Source: Candidatus Omnitrophota bacterium (GTDB lineage Bacteria; Omnitrophota; Gorgyraeia; Zapsychrales; Fredricksoniimonadaceae). From it: 64,000 nt of DNA. The stretch covers positions 85,951 through 149,950 of the forward strand of contig CAIVRE010000006.1 in assembly GCA_903908245.1 (NCBI GenBank), read 5' to 3'. This document shows, one piece after another, positions 9,335 through 19,133 of the stretch (position 1 is its first letter; the number at the start of each line of letters is the position of its first letter). Both the position numbers and the translations under genes were made by a program. The notes beneath the pieces were generated by a model. It was not told the DNA's origin. It saw nothing but the letters and a program-made list of their open reading frames with translations, and did not search any database.

Positions 9335-10234
9335 ATGCCGTTAACTGACGCCTCAAACATCCTCTGGTCCTTACTCTTGCTGATCACCGGTGCCATCACC
9401 TGTTTCTTCGACATAACCCGCCAAAAGATCCTCAACACCCATCTTGTTTTCCTGGGGATGCTGGGGGCCATCGTCCTTCTCTTCCATTCGCTCTTGTGGC
9501 ATCACGACCCGGCCACGCACATGCTCAACGGGGCCATTGCGCTGGTCGTCGGAGCCGTCCTCTATATCAGCCATACCTGGCGCGGAGGCGATGCCAAACT
9601 TTTCACGCTTTACGCCTTTCTTATGCCGCTGCCCGCCAAAAGCAACCTGTTCTCATTACCGCCGGTCGCTTTATTCATCAACACCTTCCTCGCCGGGATG
9701 TTCTTCCTGGCCCCGTTCCTCATCAAAGACATGATCCATAACCGCGCCGCCGTTATCGCCCAGGCCAGGTCCGCCGAAGAACAACAGGCCTTTCTCCGGG
9801 GGATCTCCGCCGCGTTCTTCGCGTCATGGATACTGTCCCCTGTCATGCAAACTGTCGTTAAAGCCTACCACACACCGCTCTCGTTCTTTATCGCCTACGT
9901 CGTTTTTGCCATAACCCGGAACGCCGCCATCAAGACCCGGACGGATTATATCCAGCACAATATCCAGAAACACCTGCTCATGATCGTGGCCCTGCTGGTC
10001 ACCGGCACGCTCCTTAGGATATTCCTGACCCCCTGGGCCCTGAACCCTTTTTACCTGGCCCAATATGCCGTGATCTTCCTGGCCTTTTCCGTCTCTTTTG
10101 CCGTCATCTTCCATACGATCCAGCATTTGGAGAACCACAAGGAACGGATCGCTTTCGCGCCTTTCCTGTTCATCGGGTGCGTTCTGAGCTATACGCCGTT
10201 CCTGTCACTGTTCATGCGGGCGCTCCATCATTAA
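9335..10234 (+). CDS. Polytopic membrane protein with motifs of the A24 prepilin-peptidase family (intramembrane aspartyl protease). It is a candidate peptide-processing protease.
   Basis: It has 8 or more hydrophobic segments. It has WRGGDAKLF, which matches the A24 second catalytic motif G-G-D-(V/A)-K-L. An upstream Asp in FFDITRQ lies ~50 residues before it. Confidence 0.45.
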   Translation: MPLTDASNILWSLLLLITGAITCFFDITRQKILNTHLVFLGMLGAIVLLFHSLLWHHDPATHMLNGAIALVVGAVLYISHTWRGGDAKLFTLYAFLMPLPAKSNLFSLPPVALFINTFLAGMFFLAPFLIKDMIHNRAAVIAQARSAEEQQAFLRGISAAFFASWILSPVMQTVVKAYHTPLSFFIAYVVFAITRNAAIKTRTDYIQHNIQKHLLMIVALLVTGTLLRIFLTPWALNPFYLAQYAVIFLAFSVSFAVIFHTIQHLENHKERIAFAPFLFIGCVLSYTPFLSLFMRALHH

Positions 10235-10353
10235 AAGATGATGCCGCATATGTCCGGGCATGCCCGGTACCAGTAAAATTTATTCTGGAATTAGCTAAAA
10301 GTTCTGTGTAAAGTGGTCCATCGGAAACAATATCTCCTTGAGGCTGTTAAAGC

Positions 10354-11784
10354 ATGCTGACGAGTTCCCTGGAATTGAACTTCCTGAGATTCTTGACCCG
10401 CAATATCCCCATGAGCCTGGAGGATGTTCTTTTCACCCCCTTATATGAAGACCTCCCGCGCGACCATTTCCACCGGTTCCTGACCGGATATTTTGCCGAT
10501 CAGGCCAATGATCACATCGTTCACCGCGGATTATATCTGCACATCCCTTACTGCGTGAATAAATGCGCTTATTGCCATTGCCAGACCTGGCCCGGCCCGG
10601 ATCACCCGTTAAGCCTGAACGATTACGTTAAACGATTAAAGAATGAAATAGCCTGGATCGCCCCCGTCACCGGCGGCCGGGGCTTCAGCCACCTTGCATT
10701 CGGCGGAGGGACTCCATCTCTGCTGAGTGAAAAGCAGATCCAGGGATTGTTCGCTGCGGCAGAACCGCATTTGAACAAGAACACAAGACCGCCCAGGATC
10801 TCTTTTGAAGGCAATCCCGGGTCGCTGACAACACCCAAACTGGAACTGTTGCGCAAACTGGGGGTTCAACGGCTAAGCATAGGGGTACAAACACTCAATG
10901 ACCGCACGCTTAACCTGGTCGGCAGACACCAGTCCTCTGAGGACGTTACCCGATGCATCAACGATGTTAAGGCCCTGGGGTTCCCATTCCTGAACATCGA
11001 CCTGCTGGCCGGCCTGCCTGGACAAACGTCGCAGGAGTTCCTCGACGACCTTGCCCGCATCGTTTCCTTCCGCCCGGAGATCATCCACTTGAACGGGCTC
11101 AGTGACATCGCCGGTACAGCGTTAAACGCCAACAGGCCTTTTAATACGGCCTCGTTCTTCCAACGCCGCCAAAAGATGCTCCTTCAGGGAAAAACGTTCC
11201 TGTCCGAACATGGCTACAAGCAGCAAGGATCAAGCGCTTTTGCGATCGCGCAGGATGGAGAAGATTATGACCGGCTGTTCTATACCGATCGCCCGGGCGC
11301 GGTCATAGGCCTCGGCGCTTTTGCCAGAAGCTCCCTGCCGGGCGGAGGCTTGTTCGAAAGCCTTCTTTCCGGGAAATCCGTCAACGCATTCGCGTATCGC
11401 GGGCAAAAGATCTCCCGAAAACAATCCATGGCAAAAATGATCGTGATCAATATTATTAACGGTATGGATATCGATCGGCTCGGCACCCTCTTTAACGAAG
11501 ATGCGCGGGCTGTATTCGCCGAAGAGATCAAGGCCCTTACACAACGCGGGATGGTCGCGGAAAAAGCCGGCTGCTGGATCTATCCGGGAGAACACAGTTT
11601 CAAGGGGCTTTTCGATCTTCACTCACACCTGAAGATCCTTTTCGGCAAGGAAGTCCTGGAACTTTTATGGCGGAAATACCGCAAGGCCTATTCCGCTTCC
11701 GAAAACTATCTGGACGCCCCCCATCTGGCATGGGCCATACAAAACCAATGGTTCACCAACAGCTATTACGGCCTTGGCTGGTAA
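10354..11784 (+). CDS. HemN-like (coproporphyrinogen III oxidase family, class-C-like) radical SAM enzyme.
   Basis: YLHIPYCVNKCAYCHC is present. The N-terminal extension NFLRFLTRNIP... is shared with 13562 and 15028. GGGTPS is present. Confidence 0.85.
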   Translation: MLTSSLELNFLRFLTRNIPMSLEDVLFTPLYEDLPRDHFHRFLTGYFADQANDHIVHRGLYLHIPYCVNKCAYCHCQTWPGPDHPLSLNDYVKRLKNEIAWIAPVTGGRGFSHLAFGGGTPSLLSEKQIQGLFAAAEPHLNKNTRPPRISFEGNPGSLTTPKLELLRKLGVQRLSIGVQTLNDRTLNLVGRHQSSEDVTRCINDVKALGFPFLNIDLLAGLPGQTSQEFLDDLARIVSFRPEIIHLNGLSDIAGTALNANRPFNTASFFQRRQKMLLQGKTFLSEHGYKQQGSSAFAIAQDGEDYDRLFYTDRPGAVIGLGAFARSSLPGGGLFESLLSGKSVNAFAYRGQKISRKQSMAKMIVINIINGMDIDRLGTLFNEDARAVFAEEIKALTQRGMVAEKAGCWIYPGEHSFKGLFDLHSHLKILFGKEVLELLWRKYRKAYSASENYLDAPHLAWAIQNQWFTNSYYGLGW

Positions 11785-11802
11785 TGGCCCCTTAACCTTT
11801 AT

Positions 11803-13122
11803 ATGAAAAACCCGAAGATCATCATATTTTCGCCTCCCTACCATCATCTCGGCACCAGGGAGTTATACGGTCAAAGCGGACGGGAAGACTGGTTCCCCCT
11901 CGGCGCTTTTTCCATCACCAATGCGCTGCGGCTGGCCGGCAATGAACACACCTTTCTTTATTACCAGGAAGACCATTCTCCCCGGACTCTGGAGCGCCTG
12001 ATCAAAAGGATCAAGCCGGACATTGTCGGCATATCCTGCTTTTCGTTGACCCGGTTCGCGTGCCTTGACCTTGCGAAACGTGTTAAAAAGATCGACCGGG
12101 ATACCCTCACCATCCTCGGGGGGACCCATCCTTCGTTCCTGGATAAACAGATCATGACAAACTACCCGTTCATTGATATGGTCCTGCGGGGTTACGGAGA
12201 AACGGCCTTTCCGGATATTGCCGATGCCTTCTCCCGCCGGAAAACTTTTGACGGGATCCCGGGATTATCCTGGAGGGATAAAGGGCGCTGGATCAGGAAT
12301 CGCGACGGACAAATCCACGATGAACTATCCCTGCCGCTTGCCAAAGACATGCGCGATGCGATCCTCGGAGAGTTCCCGTCCTGGATATCCCGGGACATGA
12401 TCTCCCATACTATCCCGGTTGAGACCGCCAGGGGATGCCCGTACCATTGTTTCTTCTGCAGTAAAATAGAGCAGAAAGAAAACAGGGTCATTGACCGCGA
12501 TCCCGGTCATGTCCTCAAATATATCAAAGGGCTGTTCAAGCTTTTCGGGCCGCGTCCGATATACTTCTGCGCCCCCAATTTTACGCTCAACAAGAAAAAG
12601 GCACTGGCCCTCTGCCGGGCCTTAAAACGTTCAAAACTTCAGGTCCAATGGACATGCGGGACGCGTATCGACCTTATCGACAAAGAACTCCTCCTCGAAA
12701 TGAAAACTGCCGGCTGCCAGCGGATCTATTACGGCGTGGACTCCTTATGTCAAAGGCTGCTCCATTCCATCCACAGGGACTACACGCCGGAAAAAGCCGT
12801 CAGGGACCTGAACCTTACCGTTGCCTGCGGCCTGGCATGCGAAGCCAATTTACTGATCGGGTTCCCGGGTGAAGACCGCCGGTCCCTGTCGGAGTCGCTG
12901 TTGTTCCTGCGCAAGATCGACCCGAAGGTCTCCGTTGTTGTCCGGCCGCTGAAGATCATGCCCGGTTCGCAGCTTTACCATAAAGCGATCGAAGAAGGCT
13001 TTGATGAAACATACTGGCTCAAAGACCATGGCACCGATTTTCCGGATTATACGGGCAGCTTGCCTGCCAAAGAACTTGTTAAATACTGCCGGACCTTTAA
13101 CGAAATCAGGAGAAGAACATGA
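11803..13122 (+). CDS. B12-binding-domain radical SAM enzyme.
   Basis: ARGCPYHCFFC is present. An N-terminal B12-binding-like domain is present. Confidence 0.85.
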   Translation: MKNPKIIIFSPPYHHLGTRELYGQSGREDWFPLGAFSITNALRLAGNEHTFLYYQEDHSPRTLERLIKRIKPDIVGISCFSLTRFACLDLAKRVKKIDRDTLTILGGTHPSFLDKQIMTNYPFIDMVLRGYGETAFPDIADAFSRRKTFDGIPGLSWRDKGRWIRNRDGQIHDELSLPLAKDMRDAILGEFPSWISRDMISHTIPVETARGCPYHCFFCSKIEQKENRVIDRDPGHVLKYIKGLFKLFGPRPIYFCAPNFTLNKKKALALCRALKRSKLQVQWTCGTRIDLIDKELLLEMKTAGCQRIYYGVDSLCQRLLHSIHRDYTPEKAVRDLNLTVACGLACEANLLIGFPGEDRRSLSESLLFLRKIDPKVSVVVRPLKIMPGSQLYHKAIEEGFDETYWLKDHGTDFPDYTGSLPAKELVKYCRTFNEIRRRT

Positions 13123-13592
13123 CCCAGGCCGCTTCCAGGATCTGCCTTGCTGCCCAAAGGCTGGCACAACACGCCGGGCAATGCCTTTTCGTGACCCTCG
13201 GCCACGGCGGGTCCCCCAGGGCGAGATATATGGGCGCTTTAAAGGTCGACAACGGAATGAAGGTATTCCTGGTCTGCCGGCCCGGATCGAACAAAGTGCG
13301 GGAGATCGCCCGGGACCCCCGCGCGCAGGTCGTCCTTGCGGATGAGCCCCGTCGCCGGGTGGTCACGCTCAACGGGAACGCTTATCTGGAACGCTCAAGG
13401 ACCGTCCGCAAGAAACTTTTTACCGCTACGGCCCCTTTGAAATTGTATCCCGCCTTTAATAACGATTTCGGGGTGATCCGTTTCATCCCTGAAACACTGG
13501 AATATCTGGACCTGGATATCAGGCTTGAACCCGTCATCATTGACCTGACAGGGAGGCGCCATTGCTCGCCCAAGACACTAAAAACTTCCTGA
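13119..13592 (+). CDS. Pyridoxamine 5'-phosphate oxidase-like FMN-binding split-barrel protein.
   Basis: Its size of 157 aa and its sequence pattern are typical of PNPOx-like small flavoproteins. There is an ATGA start/stop overlap with the upstream gene. Confidence 0.55.
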   Translation: MTQAASRICLAAQRLAQHAGQCLFVTLGHGGSPRARYMGALKVDNGMKVFLVCRPGSNKVREIARDPRAQVVLADEPRRRVVTLNGNAYLERSRTVRKKLFTATAPLKLYPAFNNDFGVIRFIPETLEYLDLDIRLEPVIIDLTGRRHCSPKTLKTS

Positions 13593-15007
13593 GGTTCCTG
13601 ACCCTCACCGTCCCCGGAGGGATCGAAGATACTCTGGCCGTCCCTCTGTTCCATCCTTTAAGCCCGAAAGAGATCGGAACACATCTTAAACGCTTCGCGC
13701 AAAAGCCGTTCCCCGGCGGCCAACCGCCCAAAACGCACCTCAATATCCATATCCCGTTCTGTTCCTCCCTGTGCTCTTATTGCCATTGTTCCCGCGTCAA
13801 ACTCAAGAACAGGGAACAATTGCGTGATCATGTCGGGCTCATTATCGACCAGATCCGGACATTTGCGCCCTTGTTAAAAGGCCATGAATTCACCTCCCTG
13901 TCCCTGCTGGGAGGAACAGTATCCCTCCTGGAAGATCCCGCGATCGACCAACTCCTGACCGAAGCCCTCGGCCGATTCACATTCCGGAAGAAAACCGATA
14001 TCCATTTCGAAGGGCATCCGGTGTCCCTGACCTCCGCCAAACTGCGCCTTTTACGGCGCCGGGGCGTCAACCGCATCAACCTCGGAGTCCAGACCCTGGA
14101 TGAAAAAGTACTGAAGAACATCAAACGGAACCAGACCAGAAAAGACGTGGAAAAGTGTATCAAGGCTGTCAGGCGATCAGGCTTTCCCTGCCTGAATGTT
14201 GACGTCATCGCCGGACTGCCTGGCCAGACAGTGACCAGCTTCCTGAAGGACATCCAGGACCTGATCCGCTGGAAGGTCGATCTGATCCATATCAACCCCT
14301 TCAGCGATATTGTCGGATCAGCCTGTTACCGGGAGAACCCCGTCGATCTGGCCATGCTTTTCAACCGCCGGCAGGCCATGATCCTCAAAGCCGTTTCACT
14401 CTTGGGATCCGCCGGCTATTCCAACCGGTCGCTTGCCGGATACCAAAGGGCCGGCCTGAAATATAAAGCCGGGAAACAAACGCTTCCCCCGGACGATCAT
14501 GCCGGCGCTGTGCTGAGCCTCGGGATATTCGCCCGCAGCAGCCTTCCGGGAAGCCTAGTCTTTGAAACCCTCCCCTGCGACGACACCTTCAGTACCGCCC
14601 GTTACGCCGGCCACCCGGTCGATCAACGCTACGCCATGGCCAACTATGCCACGCTGCATCTGCTTGACGGAATGGACATCGCCGCCTTCCGGCGCCTTTT
14701 TACCGCCGGTCCCGCTGATATCTTTCAAAAAGAACTTCTGGCCCTTGCCGAAGAAGGCCTGCTGTCATCCGACGGAAAGACATGGCGCTACTGCGGCCCC
14801 TGGACCATCCCCGGACTTTTCAATTATTACTCCCTCACCAAGATATTGTACGGGAAGAAGATGCTTGATGCATTGCGGCGGACCTATGCGGCAAAATATG
14901 ATCCGGCGGCCGATCATGGCTCGCCGAAAAACCTTTTGAGGATATTCCAGGACCTCTGGTACACGCGGACCTATTACCGGTTAGGCTACAAATCCTGCTG
15001 GCTATAA
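13562..15007 (+). CDS. HemN-like radical SAM enzyme.
   Basis: NIHIPFCSSLCSYCHC is present. The N-terminal motif NFLRFLTLTVP is shared with the other HemN-like paralogs. Confidence 0.85.
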   Translation: MLAQDTKNFLRFLTLTVPGGIEDTLAVPLFHPLSPKEIGTHLKRFAQKPFPGGQPPKTHLNIHIPFCSSLCSYCHCSRVKLKNREQLRDHVGLIIDQIRTFAPLLKGHEFTSLSLLGGTVSLLEDPAIDQLLTEALGRFTFRKKTDIHFEGHPVSLTSAKLRLLRRRGVNRINLGVQTLDEKVLKNIKRNQTRKDVEKCIKAVRRSGFPCLNVDVIAGLPGQTVTSFLKDIQDLIRWKVDLIHINPFSDIVGSACYRENPVDLAMLFNRRQAMILKAVSLLGSAGYSNRSLAGYQRAGLKYKAGKQTLPPDDHAGAVLSLGIFARSSLPGSLVFETLPCDDTFSTARYAGHPVDQRYAMANYATLHLLDGMDIAAFRRLFTAGPADIFQKELLALAEEGLLSSDGKTWRYCGPWTIPGLFNYYSLTKILYGKKMLDALRRTYAAKYDPAADHGSPKNLLRIFQDLWYTRTYYRLGYKSCWL

Positions 15008-15027
15008 AGACCGCGTCGGAAAACCTT

Positions 15028-16458
15028 TCATACCCCCAGGTCATATACCGCTTGCACGAACCAGCCGTTATCCATGATCTTTAACATGAACCGCTCCTGA
15101 GAATAATCAACCGACGAATGATACTCCCGGCTGAAATTGGCCTGCAACTTTTCCAACAGGGCATCATCGTACAGGATCTTGATCCACGCAAAAAGATCGA
15201 ATAATGCCCGGAACGACCTTGTGCCCGGATAAACAAGCCGCCCGTCCTGCCAGGCCACCAGGCCCAGATGCTCCAAACGCTTCAACCCCGCTCCAAAAAC
15301 GCCCTCCAGGCTTTCCCCGAAGATCCTTTGAAAATCTTTCCTTTGGATCCCTGATAAAATATTTAAAATAATAAAATTAGCCATTACGGCATGTTTCGGA
15401 TAAGCATAACCAAAATATTCATTATCCGTCATGTCCTTTCCCGACCTTGGCAGGCACTGCATCACGGCCTGCCCCGGAAAGGTACTGATCGCATACGCCC
15501 CGATCCCCAGCGTAGCCCCGACAGATCGTTCATAAAGCACAGACTGCTCCTTTTCTCCTCCGGAGACCATTTGAAAAGCCTCATGCCCCCGCCTCAAATA
15601 CCCTCCGGAAAGGAGCATCTCCCTGCCTTTTCTGGTCATGGTATGCCGCCCCTTGAAAAAAGCGGCAATATCCCCTTTCTTCATTTGATAATAGGGCGAC
15701 GGCTGTATATTCCAGAAAGGATGAAGATGGATCACTTCCGGCTTACGCGCGATCAGGAACCGCAGGTCCGCCAGAAAGCTTGCCTCTGTCTGCAACGGAA
15801 GGCCTGCCATCACATCAATATTCAGGAAATCAAAACTCAAACTCCGGATATTATCGATACAACGCTCGACCTCTTCCCTGCTCTGCAAGCGATCTACTGC
15901 GTTAAGAACTTTCTTGTTCAGGGTCTGCACGCCAAGGCTTATCCGGGAAACTCCCCCTTCTTTCAAAGCCTTCAATTTATCAAGCGTTAATGTCCGCGGG
16001 CTGCCTTCAAACATAAAATAAGCCTTTTCCCGTACAGCAAACGACCGGCGGATCGACCCGAGGAGCCCCGTGATCTGAGCCGCGCTCAATAATGAAGGGG
16101 TCCCTCCGCCAAAATTACATATATCAACAGGCACGCCCCTGGCATGAGGCGCATAAGCATCTATCATCCCCAACAAATACTGATAATACGCCTGCATCTC
16201 CGCTTTTTGAGCAACGGCCTTTCGCTCGCACCAGCAGTAAAGGCAACGCTTCAGACAAAAAGGAATATGAAAATAAAGAGAAAAAGCCGGAGAATAAGAA
16301 CGATACCCCCGCTGAAAGAAACGGTCGATATGCTTCCCCATGACAGTCCCGGGAACCGGATTAAAAAGGGCTCCGCCGAACATGTCCACCTGGCCCAGAG
16401 GCAGCTTAAGTGTCAGGAATCTCAGGAAATTAATATCCCGGATCTTCATGGCCTTCAT
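15028..16458 (-). CDS. HemN-like radical SAM enzyme. The start was chosen at MKAMKIRD, which gives an ATGA overlap with the upstream stop; the ORF track extends to 16515.
   Basis: YFHIPFCLKRCLYCWC and GGGTPS are present. The N-terminal motif INFLRFLTLKLP is present. Confidence 0.8.
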   Translation of the reverse strand: MKAMKIRDINFLRFLTLKLPLGQVDMFGGALFNPVPGTVMGKHIDRFFQRGYRSYSPAFSLYFHIPFCLKRCLYCWCERKAVAQKAEMQAYYQYLLGMIDAYAPHARGVPVDICNFGGGTPSLLSAAQITGLLGSIRRSFAVREKAYFMFEGSPRTLTLDKLKALKEGGVSRISLGVQTLNKKVLNAVDRLQSREEVERCIDNIRSLSFDFLNIDVMAGLPLQTEASFLADLRFLIARKPEVIHLHPFWNIQPSPYYQMKKGDIAAFFKGRHTMTRKGREMLLSGGYLRRGHEAFQMVSGGEKEQSVLYERSVGATLGIGAYAISTFPGQAVMQCLPRSGKDMTDNEYFGYAYPKHAVMANFIILNILSGIQRKDFQRIFGESLEGVFGAGLKRLEHLGLVAWQDGRLVYPGTRSFRALFDLFAWIKILYDDALLEKLQANFSREYHSSVDYSQERFMLKIMDNGWFVQAVYDLGV

Positions 16459-17813
16459 TGTCCATTCCCGGAGGAAAAATACTCGCGGCCCGCGCTGCGG
16501 AACGCCCGGAGCCAATGCTCCATCGAGCGCCCCTTGATGGCCGCCATATACGACGGGATCGCTTCCTCGTGGTCGCTTAACCAGTACGACTCGTCAAACC
16601 CCTCTTCCAGAGCCTGCTGATACAGCGGCGATCCAGGCATAATATACAGCGGAGAAACATCCACCACGCAAGAAGCCGGAAGCCGCTTTAAATTCTGAAA
16701 AGACTCTTTCAGGGTAACTTCTGTTTCTCCGGGGAAACCGATCATCAGGTGGACGCAAGGCCTTATCCCCGTTGACGCAACCAACGCCAAGTTCCGGATC
16801 GCCAGCCCCGGAGCATAGTTCTTCCCCGACGAACGCAGGATCCTGCGGGATAACGAATCCAGCCCGAAGAAAATACCCCGGCAGCCGGCCTTCTTCATCC
16901 CAAGCAAAAGCTCCTCATCGACAAGGTCGACCCTTGTTGTACATACCCAGGAAAAACAGAACCGCTCGCGGATGATCGCCGAACACAGCCGCAGGGCATA
17001 TTCCCTGTTAAGCGTAAAATTCATATCATGGAAATAAACAAAATCCCGGCAGCCTTCAGGGATCAGGTAAAGCTGTGCGATGACCTGATCGATGTTTTTT
17101 TCTGAAACCTTCCGCTGCCAAAGCCCGACGGTACTGCAGAACCGGCAAGCGAACGGACACCCCCGATGCGTTTCAACAGGGATCCCGTCGTGCATCAGGA
17201 TCGCGGCGTCCGGGTCTTTCAGCGGTTTGACCGGAAAAGCCTTAAGATCGATCAGCGGTAATTCGTCAAGACCGGTCAACGACGGACGGGATGCGCTGCG
17301 GTGAGGCTTCCCCCCGGACCGGAACGTTATCCCCGCCACAGACGAAAGGTCCCGGCCCGCATCGAGCGCCCTCAACAGCGCCTCAAAGGAATCCTCGCCT
17401 TCTCCCCTGACAACATAATCAACACACGGATACGAAGACAGTATCTGTCCGTCCAGGAAAGTGGCATGGATCCCGCCCATGATCACCGTGACCGCCGGGT
17501 CGACTTCCTTGACGAGCCGGGCAAGCTCGACACAGGCAAAACGGTTGAACGATTGGCATGAAATACCAATGACCGAAGGCCGCTCCCGCCGGATATACCG
17601 GGCCAGCGTCCCTGGCGAATAGTCGGTACCGCAATAGATCCGGCAGCGCGCCTTCAACCGCTCCTGAAGACAGGACGCTATTGACGCCAGCCCCAGGGAG
17701 AGCCGCAGCGGGGCTTCAAAAGGGTCCCGAAGGCGCGGGTTCCCCAAATGCCGTCCGGGTGGCAGAAAAAAAAGAATGTTAAAGCTGTTTATCCGGGATC
17801 CCATGATCATCAA
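16455..17813 (-). CDS. B12-binding-domain radical SAM enzyme.
   Basis: HRGCPFACRFC is present. An N-terminal B12-binding-like region is present. Confidence 0.85.
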   Translation of the reverse strand: MMIMGSRINSFNILFFLPPGRHLGNPRLRDPFEAPLRLSLGLASIASCLQERLKARCRIYCGTDYSPGTLARYIRRERPSVIGISCQSFNRFACVELARLVKEVDPAVTVIMGGIHATFLDGQILSSYPCVDYVVRGEGEDSFEALLRALDAGRDLSSVAGITFRSGGKPHRSASRPSLTGLDELPLIDLKAFPVKPLKDPDAAILMHDGIPVETHRGCPFACRFCSTVGLWQRKVSEKNIDQVIAQLYLIPEGCRDFVYFHDMNFTLNREYALRLCSAIIRERFCFSWVCTTRVDLVDEELLLGMKKAGCRGIFFGLDSLSRRILRSSGKNYAPGLAIRNLALVASTGIRPCVHLMIGFPGETEVTLKESFQNLKRLPASCVVDVSPLYIMPGSPLYQQALEEGFDESYWLSDHEEAIPSYMAAIKGRSMEHWLRAFRSAGREYFSSGNGQ

Positions 17814-17819
17814 AACCCG

Positions 17820-19133
17820 CTAACCGTTCCGCGCGGTAACCCGCTCGAATTTCTTCACCCATTTCCACTGCTCCTGCGCCGGGATCGACCCGGTGTAATA
17901 CGGCAGCGCCTCCGCATGATCCTCAAGCCAGTACGCTTCATCGAACCCCTCCCCAAGGGCGACGTCATATAACGGCGCCCCGGGCACGATCTCCAGCGGA
18001 TGCACCGCGAGAGTGATCCCGGGATGAAGCTTCCTGCACCCGATCAACGATTCCATCAGCGTTTCTTTGGTCTCCTGCGGAAATCCTACAATAAGGTTGA
18101 AATGAACCCTTATCCCCATCTCCGCTGTCAAATTGGCATTCGCGATAGCCACCTCGGGATCATACTCCTTATGGATCGAACGCAAGACAGTGCCGGAAAG
18201 CGACTCCACTCCGAACAGGATCATTTTGCAGCCCGCTTTCTTCATGATCTTCAAAAGCGGCTTGTCGATCAGATGGACCCTGGTCTGACAGCCCCAATGC
18301 AGATCCATGCCACTGGCAATGACCGCGGAACAAAATGCGCGCGTATACGCTTTATCCAACGTAAAGGTCAGATCCGGGAAAATAATATGCTTTCGATACG
18401 CTTCAGGAATAAGGCGGATCTGTTCTATGGCGCGCTCGACGCTTCTCTTGACGGTCTTCCGCCCCCAAAACCCGACGGCACTGCAAAAAAGACACACAAA
18501 AGGGCATCCGCGCGTTATTTCCACCGGTAATCCGGACAAAATATCTTCTTTTTCCCAGGATCGGCCCAAAGGCTGCAATTGATATTTGGAATAATCGATC
18601 AACGGGAATTCGTCAAGGCTCGCCACCCTGGCCCGAGGCGCTGTACGCATGACTTTCCCTGAATGAAGAAAAGAAATACCCCGGATCTTGCGCAGATCCT
18701 TTCCCTGCCGAAGGGCGTCGAGAAGATCAAGAAAAGTTATCTCCCCCTCGCCGCGAACAATATAATCCACATCCGGACAGGTGCGAAGGATCTGCCGGTC
18801 CAAACACGTCGCGTGAGCCCCCCCCAGGATCACCGTCACGGAAGGATCCAGGGCCTTCATCAATCGGGCCAGCTCCAGGCAGGCGAACCGATTATAAGAT
18901 ACGCAGGATAAACCGATCACGGAAGGCCGATTCGTCCGGAGAAATTCCTTTAACGCCGCGATGGAATAATCTCCCGATGAATACGGGATACAGGTTATAT
19001 CCGAATGATGCTCAACATATGCCGCGATCGATGCTATCCCAAGATCAATATGAAATGGCGGAACAACGGTCTCGTCGAACTTAAAGGACGGCAGCAGATG
19101 CCTGTCAGGAGGATTGAACAATACGACCCGCAT
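17820..19133 (-). CDS. B12-binding-domain radical SAM enzyme.
   Basis: TRGCPFVCLFC is present. It is a paralog of 16455-17813. Confidence 0.85.
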   Translation of the reverse strand: MRVVLFNPPDRHLLPSFKFDETVVPPFHIDLGIASIAAYVEHHSDITCIPYSSGDYSIAALKEFLRTNRPSVIGLSCVSYNRFACLELARLMKALDPSVTVILGGAHATCLDRQILRTCPDVDYIVRGEGEITFLDLLDALRQGKDLRKIRGISFLHSGKVMRTAPRARVASLDEFPLIDYSKYQLQPLGRSWEKEDILSGLPVEITRGCPFVCLFCSAVGFWGRKTVKRSVERAIEQIRLIPEAYRKHIIFPDLTFTLDKAYTRAFCSAVIASGMDLHWGCQTRVHLIDKPLLKIMKKAGCKMILFGVESLSGTVLRSIHKEYDPEVAIANANLTAEMGIRVHFNLIVGFPQETKETLMESLIGCRKLHPGITLAVHPLEIVPGAPLYDVALGEGFDEAYWLEDHAEALPYYTGSIPAQEQWKWVKKFERVTARNG

